This document shows positions 43,414-52,883 of a stretch of 64,000 bases of DNA, piece after piece. The number at the start of each line of letters is the position of its first letter. Positions within the stretch are counted from its first letter, which is position 1. The notes beneath the pieces were generated by a model. That model had not been told where the DNA came from. It saw nothing but the letters and a program-made list of their open reading frames with translations, and made no database searches. Source of the stretch: Deinococcales bacterium (lineage in GTDB: Bacteria; Deinococcota; Deinococci; Deinococcales; Trueperaceae); contig JAAYYF010000147.1 of NCBI GenBank assembly GCA_012515535.1, positions 782-64,781 on the forward strand. Direction: 5' to 3'. Made by a program: the position numbers and the translations under genes.

Positions 43414-43800
43414 TTACCCCTCCTCGGTCAGCTTCCGGTAGGCGTCTTCCCCCAGCAAGGAGTCGAGCTCGCCGATGTCGGACGCGCGCACGCGGAAGAG
43501 CCAGCCGTCGCGGTAGGGCGACTCGTTGATCTGCTCCGGCGCGGTCTCGAGCGAGCCGTTGACGTCGATGATGACGCCGGAGACGGGGCTGTAGATGTCG
43601 GAGGCGGTCTTCACCGACTCGATGACGGCGACCTGGTCGCCCTTGCTGACCTCGCGCCCCGGCTGCGGCAGCTCGACGAACACCACGTCGCCCAGCTGGT
43701 CTTGCGCGTAGTCGCTGATGCCCACCGTCACGGTGTCCTGCGTCTCGCGCCGGGCCCACTCGTGCGACTCCATGAACAGAACGTCCTCGGGTACCTTCAT
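43414..43800 (-). CDS. gcvH: Glycine cleavage system protein H
   Basis: Lipoyl-lysine motif VIESVKTASDIYSPVSG. Confidence 0.95.
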   Translation of the reverse strand: MKVPEDVLFMESHEWARRETQDTVTVGISDYAQDQLGDVVFVELPQPGREVSKGDQVAVIESVKTASDIYSPVSGVIIDVNGSLETAPEQINESPYRDGWLFRVRASDIGELDSLLGEDAYRKLTEEG

Positions 43801-43847
43801 CTCGACTCCTTAGGTTCCTGCGGGAAGGGGAGCTGTACGCCCCCGCA

Positions 43848-44906
43848 TCATGCCTTGTAGAAGGGGGGCTCCACCACGCTGGCGGCGACGGACTGGCCGC
43901 GGATCTCGACCGCCAGCTCGGTGCCGGGCGCGGCCAGGTCGGCGTTCACCCAGGCGAAGGCGATGGCGTCGCGGGTGAGGGGCGACAGCCCGCCCGAGGT
44001 GACCTCGCCCACCGCCTCGCCGCCGCTCAGCACCCGGTAGCCGGCGCGCGGGATGCCGCGCTGCAGCAGGCGCAGGCCCACCAGGCGGCGGTCGCAGGGG
44101 CGGTCCCACATGGCCTCGCGGCCGAAGAACGCCTTGTCCTTGACGACCCAGCCGAAGGGGGTGCAGAGCGGGTTGGTGTCGGGGCCGAGCTCGTGGCCGA
44201 AGAGCGGGAAGCCGGCCTCGAGGCGCAGCGTGTCGCGGGCGCCCAGGCCGCACGGCACGGCGCCCTCGCCCACCAGCAGCGCCCAGAGCGCGACGGCGTC
44301 GTTGGGGTGCACGAAGACCTCGAAGCCGTCCTCGCCGGTGTAGCCGGTGCGGCTCAGCAGCACGGGCACGCCCGACAGGCGCACGCTCAGGGTGCCGTTG
44401 CGCTTGATGGCGCCCACGTCCTCGTCGACGAGGCGGCTCAGCAGCAGCGGCGCCCCCGGCCCCTGCAGCGCCAGCAGCGCCCAGCTGTCGGACTCGTCGA
44501 CCACGTGCACGTCGTAGTCGGCCGCCAGCGCCTTGAGCTGCATGAGCACCGCGGCCGTGTTGGCGGCGTTGGAGACCACCAGGTACTCCTCGTCGCCGAA
44601 GCGGTACACGAACAGGTCGTCGACCAGGCCGCCGCGGTCGTTGGGCAGCATGCTGTACTGTCCGCGCCCGTGGCGCAGCTTGGCGGGGTCGTTGAGGGTG
44701 GCGAAGCGGAGGAACTCCGTGGCCTGCGGGCCGAGCACCCGGATCTCGCCCATGTGGCTGACGTCGAAGAGGCCGACGTCGTGGCGGACCGCCAGGTGCT
44801 CCTGGTTGATGCCCCCCTGGTAGTGCAGCGGCATCTCGTAGCCGGCGAAGTCGACCATCCGGGCGCCGAGTTCGAGGTGTGACTCGTAGAGCGGGGTGCG
44901 CCTCAT
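43848..44906 (-). CDS. gcvT: Aminomethyltransferase (glycine cleavage T protein)
   Basis: RRTPLYESHLELGARMVDFAGYEMPLHY and GYTGEDGFE. Start ATG 44906. Confidence 0.9.
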   Translation of the reverse strand: MRRTPLYESHLELGARMVDFAGYEMPLHYQGGINQEHLAVRHDVGLFDVSHMGEIRVLGPQATEFLRFATLNDPAKLRHGRGQYSMLPNDRGGLVDDLFVYRFGDEEYLVVSNAANTAAVLMQLKALAADYDVHVVDESDSWALLALQGPGAPLLLSRLVDEDVGAIKRNGTLSVRLSGVPVLLSRTGYTGEDGFEVFVHPNDAVALWALLVGEGAVPCGLGARDTLRLEAGFPLFGHELGPDTNPLCTPFGWVVKDKAFFGREAMWDRPCDRRLVGLRLLQRGIPRAGYRVLSGGEAVGEVTSGGLSPLTRDAIAFAWVNADLAAPGTELAVEIRGQSVAASVVEPPFYKA

Positions 44907-44913
44907 CGGCCCG

Positions 44914-44922
44914 ACCATATCA
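44914..44922 (-). promoter_or_regulatory. Extended -10 promoter (TGaTATGGT) 7 nt upstream of the gcvT ATG, leaderless
   Basis: Minus strand reads TGaTATGGTcgggccgATG. Confidence 0.45.
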
Positions 44923-44993
44923 CGCCCCACCAGCGCCCGAATCGGCGTTGTACCGGCGGGAAGTAGCTTCCGCGACGCGCTAGCTGGCGGTGT

Positions 44994-45584
44994 TCAGGCC
45001 TTCTGGGCGAGCTTCTCGAGCACCATGGTGGCGACGGCCCGCAGCGGCTCGAACACCCCGTCGAAGTCGGCGGCCACCGCCTCGAAGAACGGCACCTTGC
45101 CCTGCGGGTCGAGCACGCGCTTGAGCATGTCCATGTCGATGGCGTCCTCGAGGTCGCGCTTGTTGGCCTGGATCACGAACGGCACCTCGGAGAGGCGCAG
45201 GTTGTACTCCAGCAGGTTCTCGCGCAGGTTGCGCAGGCTCTCGGCGTTCGCGCGCAGGCGCGCGGGGGAGGAGTCGGCGACGAACACCACGCCGTCGACG
45301 CCGCGCAGGATCAGCTTGCGCGAGGAGTTGTAGAACACCTGGCCCGGCACCGTGTAGAGGTGGAAGCGCGTCTTGAAGCCGTTGACCTTGCCCAGGTCGA
45401 GGGGCAGGAAGTCGAAGAACAGCGTGCGCTCGTCCTCGGTGGCGAGCGACACCATCTCGCCCTTCGACTCGGCCGGCACCTGCTCGTAGATCTTCTTGAG
45501 GTTGGTGGTCTTACCCGACAGGCCGGGGCCGTAGTAGACGATCTTGAAGTTGATCTCGCGGGCGGAGAAGTTGATGGTGCTCAT
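44994..45584 (-). CDS. mglA: MglA-type Ras-like small GTPase
   Basis: [16 protein letters not shown] (P-loop), TVPGQ, ANKRD. Close to Thermus/Myxococcus MglA. C-terminal 196 aa of track ORF 44994..45938. Confidence 0.85.
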   Translation of the reverse strand: MSTINFSAREINFKIVYYGPGLSGKTTNLKKIYEQVPAESKGEMVSLATEDERTLFFDFLPLDLGKVNGFKTRFHLYTVPGQVFYNSSRKLILRGVDGVVFVADSSPARLRANAESLRNLRENLLEYNLRLSEVPFVIQANKRDLEDAIDMDMLKRVLDPQGKVPFFEAVAADFDGVFEPLRAVATMVLEKLAQKA

Positions 45585-46081
45585 CGGTCCCTCGTGCCGA
45601 ACAGGCCGTCGAGCAGCGCCGTGGCGCCGTCCTGGAACTCCGCGTCGAAGTCGACGTCGGGGGGAGCTTCGGTGGCGTTCTCGAGCTCCACGCGGATGGC
45701 GTCGGCCGCCTGCTTGGTGGCGACCTTGACGCGGCCCAGCTGCGCCGTGGAGTCGAACACCGTGACGAGCAGCGCCTCGGCGCCGAGCTCCTCCAGGTAG
45801 GTGCCGACCTCGGCGCCCTGCTGGACGGTCTCCTTGAAGCCCTCCTCGCCGAACAGGTTGGCGATGGCCCGGTTGGCGGCGTAGTTGGAGGCCACCAGCG
45901 TGGCGAACGAATCGAGCGACGGGGGACGGGGCGCCCACAGGGCGCGGGCGTGCATGAGCACGAAGCCCTTGCGGTCGATGATCAACGCGTAGCGCGCGCG
46001 GCTCTTGGCGAGCAGCTCGCGCAGGATGCCATCGACGCTGTCGAACGTGGACCCGTAGAGGTCGAGCGAGGGCTCGAGCAT
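45581..46081 (-). CDS. mglB: MglB-type Roadblock/LC7 GTPase-activating protein
   Basis: [10 protein letters not shown]...[23 protein letters not shown] matches the N-terminus of Thermus MglB as I recall it. ATG 46081 lies 7 nt after a -10 box. The stop overlaps the mglA ATG (ATGA). Confidence 0.8.
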   Translation of the reverse strand: MLEPSLDLYGSTFDSVDGILRELLAKSRARYALIIDRKGFVLMHARALWAPRPPSLDSFATLVASNYAANRAIANLFGEEGFKETVQQGAEVGTYLEELGAEALLVTVFDSTAQLGRVKVATKQAADAIRVELENATEAPPDVDFDAEFQDGATALLDGLFGTRDR

Positions 46082-46088
46082 GGCTACC

Positions 46089-46097
46089 ACTCTACCA
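46089..46097 (-). promoter_or_regulatory. Extended -10 promoter (TGgTAGAGT) 7 nt upstream of the mglB ATG, leaderless
   Basis: Minus strand reads TGgTAGAGTggtagccATG. Confidence 0.45.
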
Positions 46098-46207
46098 GCC
46101 GCCCCCGAACCCCGGGGTCGAACAAACCACTTACGCCGTCCCCGTGTCGCCTGCCCCGTGACGGCGCCACGCGCCCCGCGCCGCCGCCGGCGTTAGCCTT
46201 GAGGCCG

Positions 46208-47086
46208 ATGAGCGAACCGACGAACGGGGCCGCCCCCCGCCTGCCCGACAGCACCCTGCTCGGCGCCGTCTACCTGCGCGTGCGCGACCTGCCCGCGACG
46301 ACCGGCTTCTACCGCGAGGTGCTGGGCCTGGAGGTGCGCGCGGAGCGCGACGGCGGCGTGATGCTGGGCACGCCGACGCGCGACCTGGTGGGGCTGATCG
46401 CGGCGCCCGAGGGGGCGTCGGCGCCGCGCGCGCCCGGCCTCTACCACCTGGCGCTGCTGCTCCCCGACCGCGCCGCCCTCGGCCGCTTCCTGAAGCAAGC
46501 CGTGCGCACGCGCGCCAAGCTGCAGGGCGCCTCCGACCACGGCGTCAGCGAGGCGGTCTACCTGAGCGACCCCGAGGGGAACGGGGTGGAGGTCTACCGC
46601 GACCGCCCGCGCGACGAGTGGCCGCTGACGGACACCGGGGTGGACATGTTCACGTCGCCGCTCGACGGCCGCTCGGTGATCGACGCTGGCGGGCTGCCGA
46701 GCGAGCCGTTCCGCGCCCCGCCCGGCACCCTCCTGGGCCACGTGCACCTGCAGGTGTCCGACCTGGAGCGCGCGCGGCGGCGCTACGTCGACGTGATGGG
46801 CTTCCGGGTCACGCAGAGCGACTACGAAGGCGCGCTCTTCGCCGCCGCCGGCGGCTACCACCACCACGTGGGCATGAACGTGTGGCGCTCGGCCGGGCAG
46901 CCGCCGGCGCCGGCCGGCTCGCTGGGCCTGGCCTGGTTCGAGGTCGAGGTGCCCGGCGCCGAGCCGCGCGCGGCGCTGCTGGAGAGGCTCGCGGCCGACG
47001 GGCCCGCCACCGAGCACGAGGGGCCCTTCCCGGCTACCCTCTACCCGGACGCCGACGGCATCGCCGTGGCGGTGACCGGGGGGTAG
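46208..47086 (+). CDS. Two-domain VOC (glyoxalase/bleomycin-resistance/extradiol dioxygenase) family protein
   Basis: Two repeats of the VOC module (GAVYLRVRDL..T..FY.EVLGL, and LGHVHLQVSDLERARRRYVDVMGF). Metal-ligand-like His/Glu (SDHGVSEAVYL). Confidence 0.7.
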   Translation: MSEPTNGAAPRLPDSTLLGAVYLRVRDLPATTGFYREVLGLEVRAERDGGVMLGTPTRDLVGLIAAPEGASAPRAPGLYHLALLLPDRAALGRFLKQAVRTRAKLQGASDHGVSEAVYLSDPEGNGVEVYRDRPRDEWPLTDTGVDMFTSPLDGRSVIDAGGLPSEPFRAPPGTLLGHVHLQVSDLERARRRYVDVMGFRVTQSDYEGALFAAAGGYHHHVGMNVWRSAGQPPAPAGSLGLAWFEVEVPGAEPRAALLERLAADGPATEHEGPFPATLYPDADGIAVAVTGG

Positions 47087-47105
47087 CGCTCCGGGGCGGA
47101 TGCGG

Positions 47106-47111
47106 TATAAT
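47106..47111 (+). promoter_or_regulatory. Consensus -10 box (TATAAT) upstream of tRNA-Met
   Basis: TATAAT lies 40 nt upstream of the tRNA 5' end. No clear -35. Confidence 0.4.
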
Positions 47112-47151
47112 CTCGTGCTCGTGGTCGCCGGGGCTCCGGCGGCGCGACCGC

Positions 47152-47228
47152 GGCGATGTAGCTCAGCTGGTGAGAGCGCACGACTCATAATCGTGAGGTC
47201 GACGGTTCGATCCCGTCCATCGCTACCA
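47152..47228 (+). tRNA. tRNA with CAU anticodon (elongator Met or lysidine-modified Ile2), CCA encoded
   Basis: Acceptor GGCGATG/CATCGCT (G1-U72), D-arm GCTCAGCTGGTGAGAGC, anticodon stem-loop CACGA-CTCATAA-TCGTG, T-arm GACGGTTCGATCCCGTC. Lacks initiator features (no C1xA72, no 3 G-C pairs in the anticodon stem). Confidence 0.85.
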
Positions 47229-47235
47229 GGGTTTA

Positions 47236-47263
47236 GGGCGCGGCTTCCGTGGAGGCCGCGCCC
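47236..47263 (+). terminator. Terminator hairpin after tRNA-Met
   Basis: GGGCGCGGC...GCCGCGCCC 9-bp perfect stem (extendable), followed by TTCCATCT. Confidence 0.5.
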
Positions 47264-47327
47264 TTCCATCTGCTCACGAACATGCTATACCGACGGGTCT
47301 ATCCGAGCCTCGTCGGGTGGCGCCACG

Positions 47328-47582
47328 TCAAGCGCGCCGCCGACGCGCCGCCCCGTTCAGCGCCGCCGCTTGCCCGCGCCAGCCGCACGCCTCGCAGGAG
47401 GCCGGCGCCTGCTCGTCCCAGCCCTCCTCGTCGAGCGTCTCGTCGATCACCAGCAGGTCCTGGCACCCGGGCTGCACGGCCACCTGGTAGCGCACCGTGA
47501 CGCTGGTGGTGATGCAGACGACCTCGTGCCCGCACGTCGGGCACAGCGGCGTGGCGGTTGGGGTTGGGGACGCTCGGACCAC
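47328..47582 (-). CDS. Hypothetical small protein with a 4-Cys zinc-ribbon-like arrangement
   Basis: CPTCGH...(51 aa)...CEACGW. GC3-rich codons and non-repetitive composition. GTG start without a clear SD. Sits between two tRNA genes. Confidence 0.4.
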   Translation of the reverse strand: MVRASPTPTATPLCPTCGHEVVCITTSVTVRYQVAVQPGCQDLLVIDETLDEEGWDEQAPASCEACGWRGQAAALNGAARRRRA

Positions 47583-47623
47583 GACCGACCACTTCTAACG
47601 CGGGACCTCTTACGGGAATCTTA

Positions 47624-47653
47624 GCCGCCCGCGCGGCGCGCCGCGCGGGCGGC
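47624..47653. terminator. Perfect 30-bp GC palindrome downstream of tRNA-Leu
   Basis: GCCGCCCGCGCGGCG|CGCCGCGCGGGCGGC is exactly self-complementary. Lies 10 nt from the tRNA-Leu 3' end. Confidence 0.55.
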
Positions 47654-47663
47654 CGGGGCGAGG

Positions 47664-47749
47664 TGGTGCCGGGAGCGGGACTCGAACCCGCATGCCCTCG
47701 CGGGCGGCCGATTTTAAGTCGGCGGCGTCTACCGTTCCGCCATCCCGGC
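47664..47749 (-). tRNA. trnL: tRNA-Leu (anticodon UAA), long variable arm, CCA encoded
   Basis: Reverse complement GCCGGGATGGCGGAACGGTAGACGCCGCCGACTTAAAATCGGCCGCCCGCGAGGGCATGCGGGTTCGAGTCCCGCTCCCGGCACCA. Confidence 0.9.
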
Positions 47750-47813
47750 ACGTGAGCCTCGGCCGGCGCCAGCTTACCGCGCCCCGACGGGGCCGCGCGG
47801 GCCGCCGGGGCGC

Positions 47814-49316
<1,503 letters not shown>

Positions 49317-49326
49317 GCGGGACCTC

Positions 49327-49803
49327 CTACAGGGTGACGACCGGCGCCGGCTGGATGCGCAGGCGCGCGTAGCGCCGCTCGCCCGCCAGCGCGCGCTCGA
49401 GCTCGCGCTCGTCGCGCGGCAGGTGGCGGCCGAAGGCGCGCACGCTGCTCTGGAAGCGCCCCACGGAGTAGGCCTCCAGGAAGGCCTTGGTGGTGCCGCT
49501 GAGCGACAGGTCGTGGGCGGAGAACACCTGCAGCGTCGCGGCGCGCAGCTCCGGGAAGGCGTGCAGCACGGCGGCCGTCTCGCCCCGCACCAGCGCGGCG
49601 CTCAGTCCCCCGGCAGGGTCGCGGTACACCAGCACCGCGCCCGCGGGCGCGGTGGTCTCCACGCGGCCCACGATGCCCTCGAGCGTGGCGCGCGCCACCG
49701 CCTCGTCGGCCAGCGCGGCCGGGTCGGCGTGCTCGCCGTCGAGCGAGACCTGCGTTCCGTATCCGAGGCCTACGTTCCCCCTCATGGTCGGCGAGCTTAC
49801 CAT
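49327..49803 (-). CDS. AdoMetDC (SpeH/SpeD class 1)-fold protein lacking the canonical processing and catalytic residues
   Basis: [33 protein letters not shown] aligns by eye to B. subtilis SpeD [33 protein letters not shown]. Differences: ES to ET, and TCGD to SAHD. Alternative start at MRGNV. Confidence 0.5.
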   Translation of the reverse strand: MVSSPTMRGNVGLGYGTQVSLDGEHADPAALADEAVARATLEGIVGRVETTAPAGAVLVYRDPAGGLSAALVRGETAAVLHAFPELRAATLQVFSAHDLSLSGTTKAFLEAYSVGRFQSSVRAFGRHLPRDERELERALAGERRYARLRIQPAPVVTL

Positions 49804-49816
49804 CCAGGCCGCGCCC

Positions 49817-51142
49817 TCACCCCTTGACGCTCCCGGCGGTGAACTGCCCGGTGAGGGCGTCCTGGAACGAGTAGAAGATCGCCAGGATGGGCACGCTGCC
49901 GAGCACGGCGGATGCCGCCATGGCGCCCCACTGGGTGGCGAACTGGTTGGTGGTGAAGTTGCGGAGGCCGATGCCGACGGTCCAGCGCTCCTGGCCCACC
50001 AGCAGCGTGTTGGCGAGGATGAACTCGCTGTAGGTGCCGATGAACTGGTTCAGGAAGATGAACAGCAGCATCGGCACGCTGATGGGCAGGATCACGCGCC
50101 AGAAGGCGCCCCAGCGCGTGGCGCCGTCGACCATCGCCTGCTCCTCGAGGCTGGGCGTCAGCGAGTCGAGGTAGCCCTTGAAGATCCACGACGAGAAGGC
50201 GATGGCGCCCCCGGAGTAGGCCAGGATCAGGCCCGTGAAGGTGTTCAGCAGGTCGAGGCGGCTCATCAGGTAGAAGATCGCCACCAGCGCCATGAAGGTG
50301 GGGAACATCTGCACGAACACGAAGGTGAGCAGCGTGGTGTAGCGCCCCTGGAAGCGCATGCGCGAGAAGGCGTAGCCGGCGGTGGTGGAGAGCAGCACCG
50401 CCAGCACCCCGGTGGTGCCCGACACCAGCAGCGTGTTGCGGATGTAGAGCGGCACCATGCCGCCGATGCTGGCAGGCAGGCGCCGGCCGTCGGCGCTCAC
50501 GCCGTAGAACTGGCCCGGCCCCACGCTGAGCACCAGCAGCGCGGCCGAGCCGAAGACGGTCCAGCCGGCCAGGCCGCGCACGCGCTCGAGGCGCGCGGAG
50601 CGGAAGCCGAAGCGCGGCAGCAGCGCCGTGCCCAGCACCACCAGGATGGCCGTGACCAGCACGGCGACCAGCAGCCAGTGCAGCGGCAGCAGGTGCGTCT
50701 CGCGCAGCACCTTGAGGTACTGCACCACCGAGAGGTCGGCGGGGTTCGGGAAGACGCCGGAGCGCACCAGCAGGTTGCCCTCGCGCGGCAGGGCGCCGGC
50801 CAGGGTGTCGTTGCGGTTGAACGACACCGACAGCAGGTAGACCACCGGGTAGAACACCGCCAGGATCACCAGCCAGATGAAGATGTGCGTGCTGGCCGTG
50901 ACCGCGTAGCGCCAGGCGCGCAGCGGACGCGTGGCGAGGCCGTAGAGGTAGGCGCACAGCGCCAGGCCGCCCGTGACCAGCACGAACATCCCCAGGAAGC
51001 GCCACCAGGCGCCGGGGATCACCAGCATGCGGCCGCGCATCACCGGCTCGGGGGCGGTGCTCGCCAGCAGGTAGACGCCGAGCGCGGCCAGCAGCGCCAC
51101 CACGGCCATGGAGAGGTAATGGACCCGCTTGCCGGCGATCAT
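49817..51142 (-). CDS. Carbohydrate ABC transporter permease (MalG-like) with extra N-terminal and internal membrane segments
   Basis: C-terminal half has the MalG-type EAA loop (LEEQAMVDGATRWGAFWRVILP). ATG 51142 overlaps the upstream stop (ATGA). 441 aa. Confidence 0.85.
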   Translation of the reverse strand: MIAGKRVHYLSMAVVALLAALGVYLLASTAPEPVMRGRMLVIPGAWWRFLGMFVLVTGGLALCAYLYGLATRPLRAWRYAVTASTHIFIWLVILAVFYPVVYLLSVSFNRNDTLAGALPREGNLLVRSGVFPNPADLSVVQYLKVLRETHLLPLHWLLVAVLVTAILVVLGTALLPRFGFRSARLERVRGLAGWTVFGSAALLVLSVGPGQFYGVSADGRRLPASIGGMVPLYIRNTLLVSGTTGVLAVLLSTTAGYAFSRMRFQGRYTTLLTFVFVQMFPTFMALVAIFYLMSRLDLLNTFTGLILAYSGGAIAFSSWIFKGYLDSLTPSLEEQAMVDGATRWGAFWRVILPISVPMLLFIFLNQFIGTYSEFILANTLLVGQERWTVGIGLRNFTTNQFATQWGAMAASAVLGSVPILAIFYSFQDALTGQFTAGSVKG

Positions 51143-52731
51143 GCGCGCGCCTCCTCCTTGAGCGCCCCGGTGACCCGGAAGTTCATCAAGCTCACCCCCA
51201 GGGTGATGACGAAGATGATCAGCGAGATGGCCGAGCCGAAGCCGTAGGCGTAGCCGCCCTGGCTGCGGAAGGCCTCGTTGTACGCCCAGCTGATCAGGAT
51301 GTCGGTGCCGCGGGCGGTGGCCGTGCCCCACGGCACGGGCGGCCCGCCGTCGGTGAGCAGGAAGATCACGTTGAAGTTGTTGAAGTTGAAGGCGAACGAG
51401 CTGAGCGTGATCGGCACGAGCGCCGTGCGCAGCAGCGGCCCCGTCACGCTCCAGAACGCCTGCCAGGCGCTGGCGCCGTCGATGCGCGCCGCCTCGTAGA
51501 CGTCGTCGGGGATGGCCGACAGCGCCCCGAGGGTGGCCGTCATCATGAACGGCAGGCCCAGCCACAGGTTCACCAGGATCACGGCAGCGCGCGCCGCCGT
51601 CGCGTCGCCGAGCAGCCAGTTGATGGGCTCGGGGCTGATGTCGAGCAGCGCCAGCACCCGGTTGATGGCCCCGAAGTTCTGGTTGAGGAACCCCTTCCAC
51701 ACCTGGATGGTGATGACGCTCGGCAGCGCCCACGGGATGATCAGCAGGGTGCGGTAGAGGTTGCGGAACCTGAGGGCCTTGTTGTTCAGCAGCACCGCGA
51801 TGAACACGCCCGCCGCCAGGTTCAGCAGCACCGTGAGGAAGGCGAAGCTGATGTTCCAGCCGAACACCGGCACGAGCGCGCGCGGCGCCGACGCCAGGAT
51901 GCGCCGGAAGTTACGCCAGCCCACGAAGCCGAAGTCGTTGTAGCGCGCGATGCTCACGGCCTCGACGTCCTCGGGCAGCGGCGCGTCGAGCGTCAGGCGG
52001 TCGCCCTCCTCGGCCACGATGGTGCGCCGGATGGCCTGGCGGTCGAGCACCACCCCCACGCTGGTCAGGTCGGGCGGGAAGGGCGGCTGGCGCTCGAGGG
52101 TGAGCACGGGCCCGTCCTGCTCGACCACGCGCAGGGTGGCGGCGAAGCCCAGGTCGGGCATGTCGAGCTCGACGCCCACCACCGTGCGGCCGGCGGGCGG
52201 CTCCTCGCCGAGCACGAGGGTGGTGCCGTCGAGCGACTCGGCGGGCAGGGTGACCTCGCCCGAGGCGTAGACCACGGCGCGCACGCCGTTGCAGCCGTCG
52301 CGCAGGCTGCGGCAGTCGAGGGTGCCGGGGTTGGCGATCTGCAGGCGCTCGCCGTCGATGGCCACGATGGGGGTCTCGCTGCTGACGTTCAGCTCGCCGT
52401 TGCGCACCCCCGCGTAGTCGGTGAACGCCAGCCCGATGGTCAGCACCACCGGGAAGAAGGTGAAGGTCAGCAGGAAGACGATCGCCGGCAGCAGGTAGTA
52501 CCACGGCATGATCCAGGCGAAGCGCCGCGCGATGTAGCGCAGGACCAGGACCAGCGCGACGGTGCCGATGGGGATGCCGACGAAGGCCGGCGCCTCGGGG
52601 GCGAGCAGGCGCACCAGGAGGTAGCCCGCGACCCCCACCGCGGTGGCGAGCAGCAGGGCCAGCGCGATGAGGCCGAGCGACCGGAAGACACCGCCGGCGG
52701 TGGTGCGGCTGCGGGGCAGGTGGTCCTTCAA
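51139..52731 (-). CDS. Carbohydrate ABC transporter permease (MalF-like) with a large periplasmic loop
   Basis: MalF-type topology with a ~190-aa loop after TM3, and EAA loop (YEAARIDGASAWQAFWSVTGP). The listed TTG start has no SD. See the finding on possible ATC start 52749. Confidence 0.85.
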   Translation of the reverse strand: MKDHLPRSRTTAGGVFRSLGLIALALLLATAVGVAGYLLVRLLAPEAPAFVGIPIGTVALVLVLRYIARRFAWIMPWYYLLPAIVFLLTFTFFPVVLTIGLAFTDYAGVRNGELNVSSETPIVAIDGERLQIANPGTLDCRSLRDGCNGVRAVVYASGEVTLPAESLDGTTLVLGEEPPAGRTVVGVELDMPDLGFAATLRVVEQDGPVLTLERQPPFPPDLTSVGVVLDRQAIRRTIVAEEGDRLTLDAPLPEDVEAVSIARYNDFGFVGWRNFRRILASAPRALVPVFGWNISFAFLTVLLNLAAGVFIAVLLNNKALRFRNLYRTLLIIPWALPSVITIQVWKGFLNQNFGAINRVLALLDISPEPINWLLGDATAARAAVILVNLWLGLPFMMTATLGALSAIPDDVYEAARIDGASAWQAFWSVTGPLLRTALVPITLSSFAFNFNNFNVIFLLTDGGPPVPWGTATARGTDILISWAYNEAFRSQGGYAYGFGSAISLIIFVITLGVSLMNFRVTGALKEEARA

Positions 52732-52819
52732 GGGACGCGAGATGTCGATGGCGGCTACCCCCTCGGGTTCGGGCGCGCGGGAGGAGGGCGCGGGCGCGGT
52801 GCCGGCCTCCCGCGAGCAC

Positions 52820-52847
52820 GCGGCCAGGGGACGGTTCCCCTGGCCGC
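52820..52847 (-). terminator. Intercistronic stem-loop after the malE-like SBP gene
   Basis: Perfect 12-bp stem GCGGCCAGGGGA / TCCCCTGGCCGC with a 4-nt loop, 37 nt downstream of the SBP stop on the minus strand. Confidence 0.5.
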
Positions 52848-52883
52848 GATCTTACTAGCTGTGGTGCGGCGAGCGCTTGGGGC

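Noticed and set aside
44907-44993. Glycine riboswitch upstream of gcvT
   Set aside because: Only 87 nt are available, and no conserved aptamer core sequences are visible. An extended -10 box lies 7 nt before the ATG, which implies a leaderless transcript. A covariance-model scan would settle it.
46100-46125. Near-palindrome CGAACCCCGGGGTCGAAC upstream of the VOC gene as an operator
   Set aside because: The arms are offset by one base, and CCCCGGGG-type palindromes are frequent by chance at this GC content. No second copy is present.
47229-47663. Integrated mobile element or att sites between the two tRNA genes
   Set aside because: There is no integrase or excisionase ORF, no direct repeat of either tRNA 3' end and no compositional break beyond short promoter-like AT-richer patches.
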